Positions 9,593-18,694 of a stretch of DNA of 55,715 bases are shown here, in pieces. Source of the DNA: Deltaproteobacteria bacterium (lineage in GTDB: Bacteria; Myxococcota_A; UBA9160; SMWR01). Numbering within the stretch: the stretch's first letter is position 1; each line of letters starts with the position of its first letter. The position numbers were made by a program, and so were the translations under genes. The DNA is taken from NCBI GenBank assembly GCA_032128375.1, contig JAQBGU010000049.1:1-55715 (forward strand), given 5' to 3'. Below the pieces are notes generated by a model. It had not been told where the DNA came from. It saw only the letters and a list, made by a program, of their open reading frames with translations, and did not search any database.

Positions 9593-10384
9593 ATGGCCCT
9601 GAGCGAATTTCAGCGACGGCTCCGAGTTGTCATCAAGCGGTTCGTCTATTCCCAGCTGTATCTGCGCGAGGCCTTGTTCGTGCTGCTGGGATGGAGCAAA
9701 CCGTTGGTTCGCTTTACCGTCGAGTCGTCGCCGCCATCTTTGTACTTCAATTTTGCAATCAAACCCGACCAGGTATCGCCACTCGAGCGCAGCCTCGGTT
9801 TGCCCCATCCGCTGACACCAATCCGGTGTCTCGAAATCGAGGAGCCGTTTCACTGCATCACGTTGAATGTCTATCGCGTGTCGGGCCTGGCTAATGGCTT
9901 GAGGGCCGAATGGTCGGTTTACGTGCGCGACTCGAGCGGAAAGCCGCGCTATATGATCGTCGAAGCGCGTGCGGACAGTGGTTCGATGGACCCGATCGAC
10001 ATCATTACGCGCCCCGGAACCGTCCACTACGAAGACGCTGGGGAGGCACTCGTCGTAGAAGTTGGTTCGGATGGGGACACCCGATTCAAGGCACGCTGCG
10101 GAAAGTCCGACGATGCCCCGGTCGTCCAAGCGGCGCCCGAGTGGGTCGAGGCGAACGACTACATCTATTGGCGCAACGGAATTTGCGATCGAACCTTCTA
10201 TGATGCCGGCCTGGCCAACGCGCGAATGCGAATAGTCGACACAACGAGTGTCTCGATCGAGAACGATACGCCGTGGAGCGCGTTCATCGATGCTGCGCCA
10301 CGACACGTGATCGTGTTTGAAAACCCGATCGAGTTCGCGATGTCACCCTGGTGGAATCTGGATACGATCAACGAAAAGTCTTGA
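9593..10384 (+). CDS. Hypothetical protein, possibly acetoacetate decarboxylase/DUF2071-like fold
   Basis: RBS AGGAG; LYFNF...LPHPLTP...TLNVY...EWSVYV pattern. Confidence 0.5.
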   Translation: MALSEFQRRLRVVIKRFVYSQLYLREALFVLLGWSKPLVRFTVESSPPSLYFNFAIKPDQVSPLERSLGLPHPLTPIRCLEIEEPFHCITLNVYRVSGLANGLRAEWSVYVRDSSGKPRYMIVEARADSGSMDPIDIITRPGTVHYEDAGEALVVEVGSDGDTRFKARCGKSDDAPVVQAAPEWVEANDYIYWRNGICDRTFYDAGLANARMRIVDTTSVSIENDTPWSAFIDAAPRHVIVFENPIEFAMSPWWNLDTINEKS

Positions 10385-10426
10385 CGTCCCCGTCAATGAG
10401 TTCGTCTCCTGATCCACGAGCAAGCA

Positions 10427-11359
10427 CTACCGAGAATTGCTCAGCCCATGCAGCAGCCGTCGGATCTCCGCTACCGCGTCGATCCCCTCACGTTCGGTCC
10501 GGGCCACCGGCATGATGTTGAATAGGCGACATCCCGAATCAATGTAGGGACGCAGGAAGTCCGCCACATCTGATGCGGATCCCCACGGACTGTACTTCTC
10601 GAAGGCAGCGAACGGAGTCTGGTAGAAATTCTGCATGGATTTTGCCAGTCGCTCCTTCGCGCGCTGCTTGTCGCTGTCGATTCCGACCCAGATCTGTAGG
10701 CCGTGTAGATTTGACTGCAAGCGATCGCGTTCGGGGTGACCATCGATCTCGGAGACGACAGCATCGAAGCGTTTCGGTGAGCACCATACGCCCAGCCAAC
10801 CGTTCGCGAAGCGCGCCGCACGCGCGATTGCCGCGCTCGAGCGCCCACCGACCATGAACGGAATGGACGGATCGGGGGCTGGCTTGATCCAAGCGCGCTC
10901 GAACTGGAAGAACTCGCCGTGGTAGTCGATCGGCTCCCCGGAGAGAAGACCGCGGACCACCTCGAGGCATTCATTGGTTCGGCGCCCACGAGTCTTGGGA
11001 TCGACACCGCACATCGCGAACTCGTTGCGATCTTCGCCGCCGACACCGACCCCGAAGATCAGCTGGCCGGGTGCCGACTCGGCCAGGGTTGCGAGCTGCC
11101 GAGCCACCGTCACCGGGTGTCGCAGCGCGAGCAGATATACGCCCACGCAGACCCGCAGCCGGGAATCGATCGCCATCAACGTCGCCGCATTGACCAGCGC
11201 GTCCATGCCCGCGCCGACGTGAAAGCTGACGTGATCGGCGACGAAGACGTGATCGATTCCGCTCGAGATAATCTCATCGACGAATAGCTGACGTTGTGCG
11301 TGCGGGCTGCGCAGAATTTGCGGGGATGCCAGCGTTCCGACTCTCAGCGGTTCACTCAT
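10427..11359 (-). CDS. LLM class flavin-dependent oxidoreductase
   Basis: VFVADHVSF, LRHPVTVARQLATL, FGVGVGG, VGGRSSAAIARAARFANGW. Confidence 0.93.
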   Translation of the reverse strand: MSEPLRVGTLASPQILRSPHAQRQLFVDEIISSGIDHVFVADHVSFHVGAGMDALVNAATLMAIDSRLRVCVGVYLLALRHPVTVARQLATLAESAPGQLIFGVGVGGEDRNEFAMCGVDPKTRGRRTNECLEVVRGLLSGEPIDYHGEFFQFERAWIKPAPDPSIPFMVGGRSSAAIARAARFANGWLGVWCSPKRFDAVVSEIDGHPERDRLQSNLHGLQIWVGIDSDKQRAKERLAKSMQNFYQTPFAAFEKYSPWGSASDVADFLRPYIDSGCRLFNIMPVARTEREGIDAVAEIRRLLHGLSNSR

Positions 11360-11412
11360 AGTTGTTCACTCGCAGAAGTCATCGTCAGATGCCCCGCACA
11401 GGAGCCCGGCAG

Positions 11413-12585
11413 TCACAGCAACGTCTTGGGGTCGATACCGAGCGCGACCTTTCCGACGACTTCGTAGGTGGGCTGTGCGACCATGATGTGTTGAGTCGTC
11501 ACGTTCACATCTCGAAAACAGCGTTGCAACTCGCTGGCCCGATACACCGAACTCCCTCCTGCTGCGTGATACAGCCGCTCCACCGCATCCGTGGCCGACC
11601 ACGCATTGTTGGTCGCGGCAAGCCGCAAGTTGGCCTTCGTTTCGATCGACAACTTGCCGGCCGCGTTGGCCTGCTGCCACGCAGCGTCGATCGCTTCGAG
11701 CGTGTAGGCGCGGGCCGACGCGACCCGGGCTTTCGCGATCGCGAGGTCCTTCTGCACGGCAGACCGGGCAGACAACAGTCGCTGGCTGCCGGTCGGCGTC
11801 TTTGACCCGGCGAGCTCGATGAAGGCCTCGATCGCGTGTTCCGCGATCCCCAGCGACACCGCCGACACGCCGAGTGCCAGCAGACCCAAGGTCGGGAAAC
11901 GGTAGAGCGGCGCATCGACTCGAGGGCGTCCGCCCAATGCCGCGAAACGGCCCTCTGGGACGAACGCAGCGTTGACTTCGAAGTGATGGCTGCCGGTGCC
12001 ACACAGCCCCGAGGTGTGCCAGGTATCGTGTATCGTCACTTCGCTCGCCGGAAAAAACGCGAGCAACGCCTGCGGACCGTGGTCACCCATCAGCGGTTTG
12101 CCGTCTTGCTTTCCATCTTGCTTTCCATCTTGATAAATGAAGCATCCACCACAGATCCAATCCGAGACCTGGCTGCCGCTGCCAAACGGCCACTCGCCGC
12201 TGACCTCGAGCCCGCCGCCCGTGCGAACCGCGCGACCCACCGGCGCTGTCACGCCGCAAGTGATTGCGTTCGGGTGATCCGCGTAGATCTCTTTCGCCCA
12301 GATCGGATCGAGCGAAGCGGCCAACAGGCTCGTTGTCGTGCCGATCATCAGGCACCAGCCCACCGAAGCATCCGCGCGCGAAGTCGCCTCGAGGGTCTCG
12401 AAGAACAGCCTCGGGTGGACCTGGCTGCCGCCGTACTGCTCGGGTACCAAAATGCGAAACAATCCGGCTTCTGCCATGCGGCGCGCGAGGTCTTCCGGCA
12501 TGCGGCGAGCGGATTCGATCTCCGCCGCTCGCCGCCGAATTTCCGGAGCGAACGCCTCCGCGACCAAGACGGGATCGGCAGCCAT
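11413..12585 (-). CDS. Acyl-CoA dehydrogenase-fold flavin-dependent hydroxylase (HsaA/NcnH-like)
   Basis: AGLFRILVPEQYGG, SGEWPFGSG, DTWHTSGLCGTGSH, LQRCFRD. Confidence 0.9.
   Translation of the reverse strand: MAADPVLVAEAFAPEIRRRAAEIESARRMPEDLARRMAEAGLFRILVPEQYGGSQVHPRLFFETLEATSRADASVGWCLMIGTTTSLLAASLDPIWAKEIYADHPNAITCGVTAPVGRAVRTGGGLEVSGEWPFGSGSQVSDWICGGCFIYQDGKQDGKQDGKPLMGDHGPQALLAFFPASEVTIHDTWHTSGLCGTGSHHFEVNAAFVPEGRFAALGGRPRVDAPLYRFPTLGLLALGVSAVSLGIAEHAIEAFIELAGSKTPTGSQRLLSARSAVQKDLAIAKARVASARAYTLEAIDAAWQQANAAGKLSIETKANLRLAATNNAWSATDAVERLYHAAGGSSVYRASELQRCFRDVNVTTQHIMVAQPTYEVVGKVALGIDPKTLL
12097..12132. repeat. 12-bp tandem repeat x3 encoding QDGK-QDGK-QDGK
   Basis: tttgccgtcttg ctttccatcttg ctttccatcttg. 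Confidence 0.85.
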
Positions 12586-12805
12586 GTGGGTACGGTAGCC
12601 GATACAGACCGCTATGATTTCGAACGACTGATTCGCAAGCGTAAGCAAGCGCAACGGCCACGGAGATCCGGGAACGTCTGACGCTGCAGCCATACTCCAC
12701 ACGGTGACCGGACCGATCGGCCCAAGTGACCTCGGCAAGACGCTGATGCACGACGCTGGGAAACTCACACTCGGTAGGGCGGGGGAGCAGCCGCTCCAGG
12801 CCGCG

Positions 12806-13573
12806 TCAGCGCGCGCTCGCGCCGCCGTCGATCGCGAGTGTGGTGCCGCTCACGTGGCTCGCCCGTTCTGACACCAGAAACGCCACCACATCGGCCACCT
12901 GTTCGACGTTGCCCGGCGCAGGATCGACCGGGATCAATTCTTCCCAACGCGTTTCGTCGTCGAACCGGCTGCGTGCGCCGCGCCTGAGCAGGCTGGCCAT
13001 TCGGTCAGTCAAAATCAGGCCGGGATTCACCGCGAGAACCCGCACTCCGTCGCGCAAGCTGCGTGAGCCCAGCGCACTCGTTAGAGCGACGAGCCCCGAG
13101 TTGCCGACTGCCCCTGCGATGTATCCCGGCTGGGGACGCACCGCAGCCGCTCCAATGACGTTGAGGATCACGCCGCCACCACGGGTGATCATCGCCGGAT
13201 ACACCAAGCGACAGAGATTGATGTATCCGAGCACCTTCAGGTCCCAGGCCGCGCGCCACGTTTCCTCGTCCACAGAGGCCAGATCGCCCGCAGGGATCGC
13301 ACCAGCGTTGTTGATCAAGATGTCGATCTCGCCCGCGGCTTCGACCAGTCGCCGCTGCTCGGCGCTCACGCTCAAATCTACCGCGTGGGTTCGAACTGCC
13401 GAGCCAGGAGCGGCTGCATCGATCGCATTCGCGGCCTGCGCGAGCGTGGCTTCGGTTCGAGCGGCCAGTTGAACCGAGCAGCCTTCTTGCGCAAGTCGAA
13501 CCGCACACGCCAGACCGATGCCCTTTGAGGCCCCCGTCACGAGCGCCCTTTTTCCGGCAAGTTCGAGATCCAT
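12806..13573 (-). CDS. SDR family oxidoreductase
   Basis: MDLELAGKRALVTGASKGIG, ILINNAG, VNPG, IDGG. Confidence 0.95.
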   Translation of the reverse strand: MDLELAGKRALVTGASKGIGLACAVRLAQEGCSVQLAARTEATLAQAANAIDAAAPGSAVRTHAVDLSVSAEQRRLVEAAGEIDILINNAGAIPAGDLASVDEETWRAAWDLKVLGYINLCRLVYPAMITRGGGVILNVIGAAAVRPQPGYIAGAVGNSGLVALTSALGSRSLRDGVRVLAVNPGLILTDRMASLLRRGARSRFDDETRWEELIPVDPAPGNVEQVADVVAFLVSERASHVSGTTLAIDGGASAR

Positions 13574-13607
13574 GTCGGGATGGTACTCTCGCGACAAGGA
13601 GATTTCG

Positions 13608-14837
13608 ATGAATCAAGACGCGTGGGCATCGCGCATCCGCGCCCGGATGGATTACGAGTGGCAACGCGAGGGACCACCCGATGGCTTCCCGGCTCTCGAT
13701 CCGATCCCGACCGGGCGCTACACGGACCCGGCCTTCTACGCGCTCGAGCGCGAGCACATCTGGAAGAAGTCGTGGCTCCTCGTGGGCCGTGACGAAGATT
13801 TCGAGGGTGTCGGGAGCTTTCGAACCTTCGACCGCACCGGCTCTCCACTGCTGTTGGTTCGCGGCCATGACGAAGCGTTGCGTGGTTTTTACAATACCTG
13901 CCAACACCGCGGTGCGCCGGTCGTGCGCGACGCCTGCGGTGCGGCCAAGCGGCTGCGCTGCCAGTACCACAGCTGGACCTATGACCTCGACGGCAAGCTG
14001 GTCGCAGTGCCGGACCGTCGCGATTTTACAAACCTCGACGAAACGAAGCGCAGCCTCAAGCCCGTACGCTGCGAGGTGTATGACGGCTGGGTGTTCGCAA
14101 ACGAAGACCTGACCGCTACCCCGCTGCGCGAATGGCTCGGTCCGGTAGCGCAGGAGTGGTCGGTGCTGGGTGGCGCCGATCTGCGTGCCCACGGCACGCG
14201 AGTCGAGCGTGTTCCCGCCAACTGGAAGATCGTCGCCGACGCGTTTCTCGAGACCTACCACGTGAAGACGATTCACCCCGTGTCCGTCTCGAAGCTGCTC
14301 GATCACCGGGGGGCGGCGATGAGTCTGTTTGCGAACGGTCACTCGCGAATGGTCACGCCGAAATGGGAGCAGGCGATCGAGCGGCAGCGCAACCAAGCCA
14401 TGCCATTGCCTGTGATCCCAGGTCTCGATCCGCTGTTTACGGATACCAATCCGGCCTACAGCTTGTTTCCGAACTTGATCACACCGCTCGACACGATCGG
14501 TTTTCCGTTCATTGTGTTCTGGCCAGTCGATGCCGAGACGACCGATGTGGAGTGGACCTTCTACGGGCCCGCGGATGAAACTCCGGAAGTGCAGAAGACC
14601 TGGGAGCTCTACGTACAGATCTTCGACGCTGTCATGAACGAGGATTTCATGAACCTCGCACCGATGCACCGCTCGATCGCATCGGGCGCCCTCGATTCGA
14701 TCCCCCTCAATTACCAGGAGCGGCGGATCTACCACCTGCACGAAGAGATCGACCGCCTGATCGGCCCCGAAAACATCCCGCCAGAACTTCGCGTGACAGC
14801 TTGCCTCGCGCCGTTCTGGGAAAACGGCGCGTCCTGA
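13608..14837 (+). CDS. Rieske non-heme iron oxygenase alpha subunit
   Basis: CQH and CQYH Rieske ligands; NWK...ETYHVKTIH and ED mononuclear Fe ligands; RBS AAGGAG. Confidence 0.95.
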   Translation: MNQDAWASRIRARMDYEWQREGPPDGFPALDPIPTGRYTDPAFYALEREHIWKKSWLLVGRDEDFEGVGSFRTFDRTGSPLLLVRGHDEALRGFYNTCQHRGAPVVRDACGAAKRLRCQYHSWTYDLDGKLVAVPDRRDFTNLDETKRSLKPVRCEVYDGWVFANEDLTATPLREWLGPVAQEWSVLGGADLRAHGTRVERVPANWKIVADAFLETYHVKTIHPVSVSKLLDHRGAAMSLFANGHSRMVTPKWEQAIERQRNQAMPLPVIPGLDPLFTDTNPAYSLFPNLITPLDTIGFPFIVFWPVDAETTDVEWTFYGPADETPEVQKTWELYVQIFDAVMNEDFMNLAPMHRSIASGALDSIPLNYQERRIYHLHEEIDRLIGPENIPPELRVTACLAPFWENGAS

Positions 14838-14895
14838 TATCACGTAGAATCGCCGGACTTCGGATTTGACCACTTGGGACCGGGCAGATTGAGAT

Positions 14896-14953
14896 AAGGG
14901 CTATCTCGGAAAAGAGCTATCTCGGAAAAGGGCTATCGAGGAAAAGAGCTATG
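14896..14953 (+). repeat. 16-bp tandem repeat, about 3.6 copies, ending in the start codon of the next gene
   Basis: aagggctatctcggaa / aagagctatctcggaa / aagggctatcgaggaa / aagagctATG. Confidence 0.9.
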
Positions 14954-16117
14954 GACTTCTCAATCGACCCGGAACTCGAAAGTATCGCAGCCGAGGCCGC
15001 GAAACTCGCGGCAGGTTTCGATGACGAATACTGGTCCCAGAAAGACCAGGCCCACGAATTTCCATGGGAGTACTACCGCGCATTCGCCGACGGAGGTTGG
15101 CTCGGAATCGTTATTCCCGAGGAATACGGGGGCGCCGGACTCGGAGTACTGCACGCGGGCACGCTGCTCAGCACTGTAGCCAGTAGTGGCGGCGCGATGA
15201 GTGCGGCCTCGACGCTGCATATCTCGATGTTTGGGATGGGACCGGTCGTCCACCACGGTTCCGAGGAATTGAAGCGCACCTATCTTCCGCCGACCGCTAC
15301 CGGTGAGCTACACGTCAGCTTCGGCGTGACCGAAGACGACGCCGGCACCGACACCTCGCGGATCCGCACCACCGCGGTTCGAGACGGCAACCGTTGGATC
15401 GTCAACGGCAAGAAGATCTGGAACACCAAGGCACAGCAGGCACAGAAAGTGCTGCTGCTCACCCGCACGACGCCGCGCGAAGACTGCGCGAAGCCGACGG
15501 ATGGGATGACACTGTTTCTGGCCGACCTCGACCGCCGCTACATCGACGTGCGCGAGATCCCCAAACTCGGACGCAACGCCGTCAACTCCAACGAGATCTT
15601 CATCGAGGGCCTGCCGGTCTCTGATGCGGAAGTCGTAGGCGAAGTCGGGCGCGGCTTTCGCTGCCTGCTCGACGGCCTCAACCCCGAGCGGATCATGATC
15701 TCCGCAGAAGCGGTCGGGATCGGCCGCCGCGCGATCGAGGTCGCGGTGCGTTATGCGAACGATCGCGTCGTGTTCGGTCGCCCGATCGGGCAGAACCAGG
15801 CCATCGCCAACCCACTCGCCGACTCTTACACCGAACTCGAAGCAGCCGATCTGCTGTGGAAGTACGCGGCCTGGGCGTACGACCACGGCGAGCGTGGCGG
15901 CGGGCCCGCAAACACGGCGAAGATCCGCTCGGCCGAGGCCTGCTTCACCGCGTGCGACCGCGCGCTGCAGACCTTCGGTGGGATGGGTTATGCGGTGGAA
16001 ATGCAGGTCGAACGCTATTGGCGCGAGGCCCGCCTGATGAAGCTCGCGCCGATCTCGCAGGAGATGGCCACGAACTACATCGCCGAGCACGTGCTCGGGT
16101 TGCCTCGCTCGTATTGA
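14951..16117 (+). CDS. Acyl-CoA dehydrogenase
   Basis: IPEEYGGAG, FGVTEDDAGTD, VNGKKIW, GLNPER, FGGMGY, VLGLPRSY. Confidence 0.95.
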   Translation: MDFSIDPELESIAAEAAKLAAGFDDEYWSQKDQAHEFPWEYYRAFADGGWLGIVIPEEYGGAGLGVLHAGTLLSTVASSGGAMSAASTLHISMFGMGPVVHHGSEELKRTYLPPTATGELHVSFGVTEDDAGTDTSRIRTTAVRDGNRWIVNGKKIWNTKAQQAQKVLLLTRTTPREDCAKPTDGMTLFLADLDRRYIDVREIPKLGRNAVNSNEIFIEGLPVSDAEVVGEVGRGFRCLLDGLNPERIMISAEAVGIGRRAIEVAVRYANDRVVFGRPIGQNQAIANPLADSYTELEAADLLWKYAAWAYDHGERGGGPANTAKIRSAEACFTACDRALQTFGGMGYAVEMQVERYWREARLMKLAPISQEMATNYIAEHVLGLPRSY

Positions 16118-16134
16118 TCGAAAAGGGATAGCAT

Positions 16135-17217
16135 TCAGTACCGCTCGATCACGTTCGTAGCGAAATCCTTGAAGTTCCTTCGCGCGTTCGCCATTGGCGG
16201 CAACAGCGTCACTTCGCGGAGACCGGCGCTCTCGGCCTTCCGCAGCGTGTCGATGATCTCGTCTGGTTCACCCACGAGGCCGCCGGCCGCGCGGATCGTT
16301 GACGGTGTGATGAAGCATCGCTCAGCGGGTACGAGATACGTGCAGTGTCCGTCGTGAATCTGCTGATAGCGCTTGCGCTCGGGCGTCTCCATCTTGGCGA
16401 CGTACTCGAGGTACTGCTGCCACTCTGACGCGCAGTCGGGCGGGACGAAGGCATCGCTACCCGACTGCTGGTAGAGCTCATACCAGAAGTGCAACGACGC
16501 CGAGACCATCGAGCCCACTTCGTCGATCACCCGGTCCGATTCCAAACTCTCGCCGGGTTCGAGCACACACGAAAACGTGAGCGCGGCTGTGTGGTAGTCG
16601 CTTGCGAGTTCGCGGCCGGCGCTTCTTGCACCGGCCGCGATGGCCTCGAGGCACCCTCGCACGCGCGCCGGTGGCTCGCCTCCGGCGGAGATTCGCCCGT
16701 CGCCAAACGCGCCAGCCGCTCTGAGTGCCAACGGTCCGTTCGCAGCGACGTAGATCGGAACCGGGTGCTCCACATCGATGAAGCCGAGGTCAGTGTGAAG
16801 AAATCGGATCTCGCGTGTTTGGTCCCCCATCGTGTATTCGACTTCTTCGCCGTGGAGCAGGCCGCGCACCACCCGCAGATACTCGCGGAATTCGCGCGGC
16901 TTGACGGGATCGAAACCCATCACCCGCATCGCGGTGTGCCCTGTACCGATGCCGAGAAATACCCGGCCCGGTGCGAGGCGGTTGATCGAAGCGATCGAGT
17001 GTGCGGTCACCGGCGCGCTGCGCGTGCCGGCAACCGCAACTCCTGTTCCGAGCCGCATCGTAGAGGTGTGGGCGGCCGCGAGTGCGAGCACCGCATAGCA
17101 ATCTGACCAGATCATCTGCGAATCGGGCACCCACCCGGAATCGAAGCCGATGCTCTCGGTAAACGGCAGGATCTGCCAATCATCGATCTTGGTGGCGATC
17201 ATCGCTCCAAAACGCAT
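16135..17217 (-). CDS. LLM class flavin-dependent oxidoreductase (Mer-like)
   Basis: WVPDSQMIWSD, RLGTGV, APGRVFLGIGTG, PIYVAANGP. Confidence 0.92.
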   Translation of the reverse strand: MRFGAMIATKIDDWQILPFTESIGFDSGWVPDSQMIWSDCYAVLALAAAHTSTMRLGTGVAVAGTRSAPVTAHSIASINRLAPGRVFLGIGTGHTAMRVMGFDPVKPREFREYLRVVRGLLHGEEVEYTMGDQTREIRFLHTDLGFIDVEHPVPIYVAANGPLALRAAGAFGDGRISAGGEPPARVRGCLEAIAAGARSAGRELASDYHTAALTFSCVLEPGESLESDRVIDEVGSMVSASLHFWYELYQQSGSDAFVPPDCASEWQQYLEYVAKMETPERKRYQQIHDGHCTYLVPAERCFITPSTIRAAGGLVGEPDEIIDTLRKAESAGLREVTLLPPMANARRNFKDFATNVIERY

Positions 17218-17277
17218 CTGGGTCTCCGCTTTTGTTCTCGAATGCTTGTCGAATGCCAGCCCAACGCCAGCCAAGGT

Positions 17278-17688
17278 TCAGCCTCCGGGTCCGCGTTCGA
17301 ACGTCGGAATTCCGTCGGGCACCTGGTGGAATGGTTGCAGGTCCATCGTGAAGATTGCCATCTGCGGAGACTCGAAGATGCTCGGGTCGTCGAGCGTTCC
17401 CGCTTTGAGCATCAGCGCTCCAGGCATCGCCTTACCCTTTGCGAGCAAGTGAGTGCCGCAATCGGGGCAGAACTCCCGGGTGACCGGGTTGTCGAGATCC
17501 GAACGGGCGAAACCCTTGGGGCCCCCCTTCGTGTAGGAGAAGCTGGCCTCCGGGACACCCATCACGAAATTCGCACCCCCGCCGGATATGTACTGGCACT
17601 CGCGGCAGAAACACATTCCCTTGAACAACGCGGCGCTGTCGGTCTTGTAGCGAACGGCTCCGCAGTAACAACCGCCTTCGACTTCCAT
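17278..17688 (-). CDS. GFA (CENP-V) family protein
   Basis: GGCYCGAVRY, CFCRECQ, FCPDCGT. Confidence 0.95.
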   Translation of the reverse strand: MEVEGGCYCGAVRYKTDSAALFKGMCFCRECQYISGGGANFVMGVPEASFSYTKGGPKGFARSDLDNPVTREFCPDCGTHLLAKGKAMPGALMLKAGTLDDPSIFESPQMAIFTMDLQPFHQVPDGIPTFERGPGG

Positions 17689-17860
17689 GGAATCGCTCCT
17701 CTGTGTGTTTTCTTTGGGTCAGTGGTTTTGGTCAAAAGGTACCGTCGGGCGCGTCGATGAAGGATATCAGTACATTTCCGGTAGTCCCACGCGCGAGCGC
17801 TCCGTCTGCATCGAGGTTACCGAGGCTTTCTTGCACGCGTACATCGCGAACACCGCCACG

Positions 17861-18226
17861 TCAGTCGAACGAGGGAAACGGGCCTCTGGGTTCTTGCGGC
17901 ATGATGCCTTCTAGCAGCGGTATCGCTTCGCGGAGCGAGACGATGTAGACGACCCGCTCGCTGACTTCACCCTCTGCGTGCCAGGCCCCCTTTGGGATGA
18001 CGAGTCGATCGCCGGGACCGATCGGGATCTTCTTTTCATCCTCGTCCAATAGATAGGTTTCCCCCTCGATCACATAGCCGATGATGTCGTGATCGTGGAA
18101 GTGGACCGGCAGTTCCGGGGACTTGTTCGAGATGAACGTGGTCGGCCAGTAGCCTGAGTCGCGGATGTCTTCCATGACTTCGGCTCTGGTCTTGAAATAG
18201 CCCTTCTCGATGACCATCTTCGACAT
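17861..18226 (-). CDS. Cupin domain protein
   Basis: PVHFHDHD...YVIEGE...GPGDRLVIPKGAWHAE. Confidence 0.9.
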   Translation of the reverse strand: MSKMVIEKGYFKTRAEVMEDIRDSGYWPTTFISNKSPELPVHFHDHDIIGYVIEGETYLLDEDEKKIPIGPGDRLVIPKGAWHAEGEVSERVVYIVSLREAIPLLEGIMPQEPRGPFPSFD

Positions 18227-18694
18227 ATTGAGATTCCTTTGTGGGCTTGGACCGCAGACGCACGCCGCAAACTCACTGATCGGCCGTCTGCTTCCGCTCG
18301 GACTCGTCCCTCCGGTGGAACAGCTGCGGGGCAATACCGAGTGGTTCGCTCCGGTAACTCGATTCGAGGGCGATCACATTGTATCGCGATTCGTTGGCAT
18401 CGGTGTTCTCCACTTGTTCGAGGGAACCATTCATCCATCTGGGCCATCGCCCACTCGCGGCACTGGAGTGCACGTCCGGGGTGCCTGTCTACGATCTCTG
18501 CGCGCCACGATCTGATTGAACTCCTCGAGAGCGACCTGCGCTGATCCATATATCTCCATCACTTTGGCTTTTGCTTGGTTTAGAGCCCCGAAAATTCGAA
18601 CGGTTCTGCACCAGGTTTGCGCATCGGCAGGATCCCCCAAAGAAACGATGCCAGGTTGCGATGTGGTATCGTGAAGCGACACCGGGGTTAGCCA

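Noticed and set aside
13005..14873. 622-aa minus-strand ORF and many other long shadow ORFs (e.g. 233..1297, 2421..3671, 35381..36373, 42589..43632, 54241..55263)
   Set aside because: They are antisense or off-frame to clearly recognisable genes, have no motifs, and are expected in high-GC DNA
14896..14953. Possible CRISPR array
   Set aside because: Units are 16 bp and contiguous with no spacers; no cas genes
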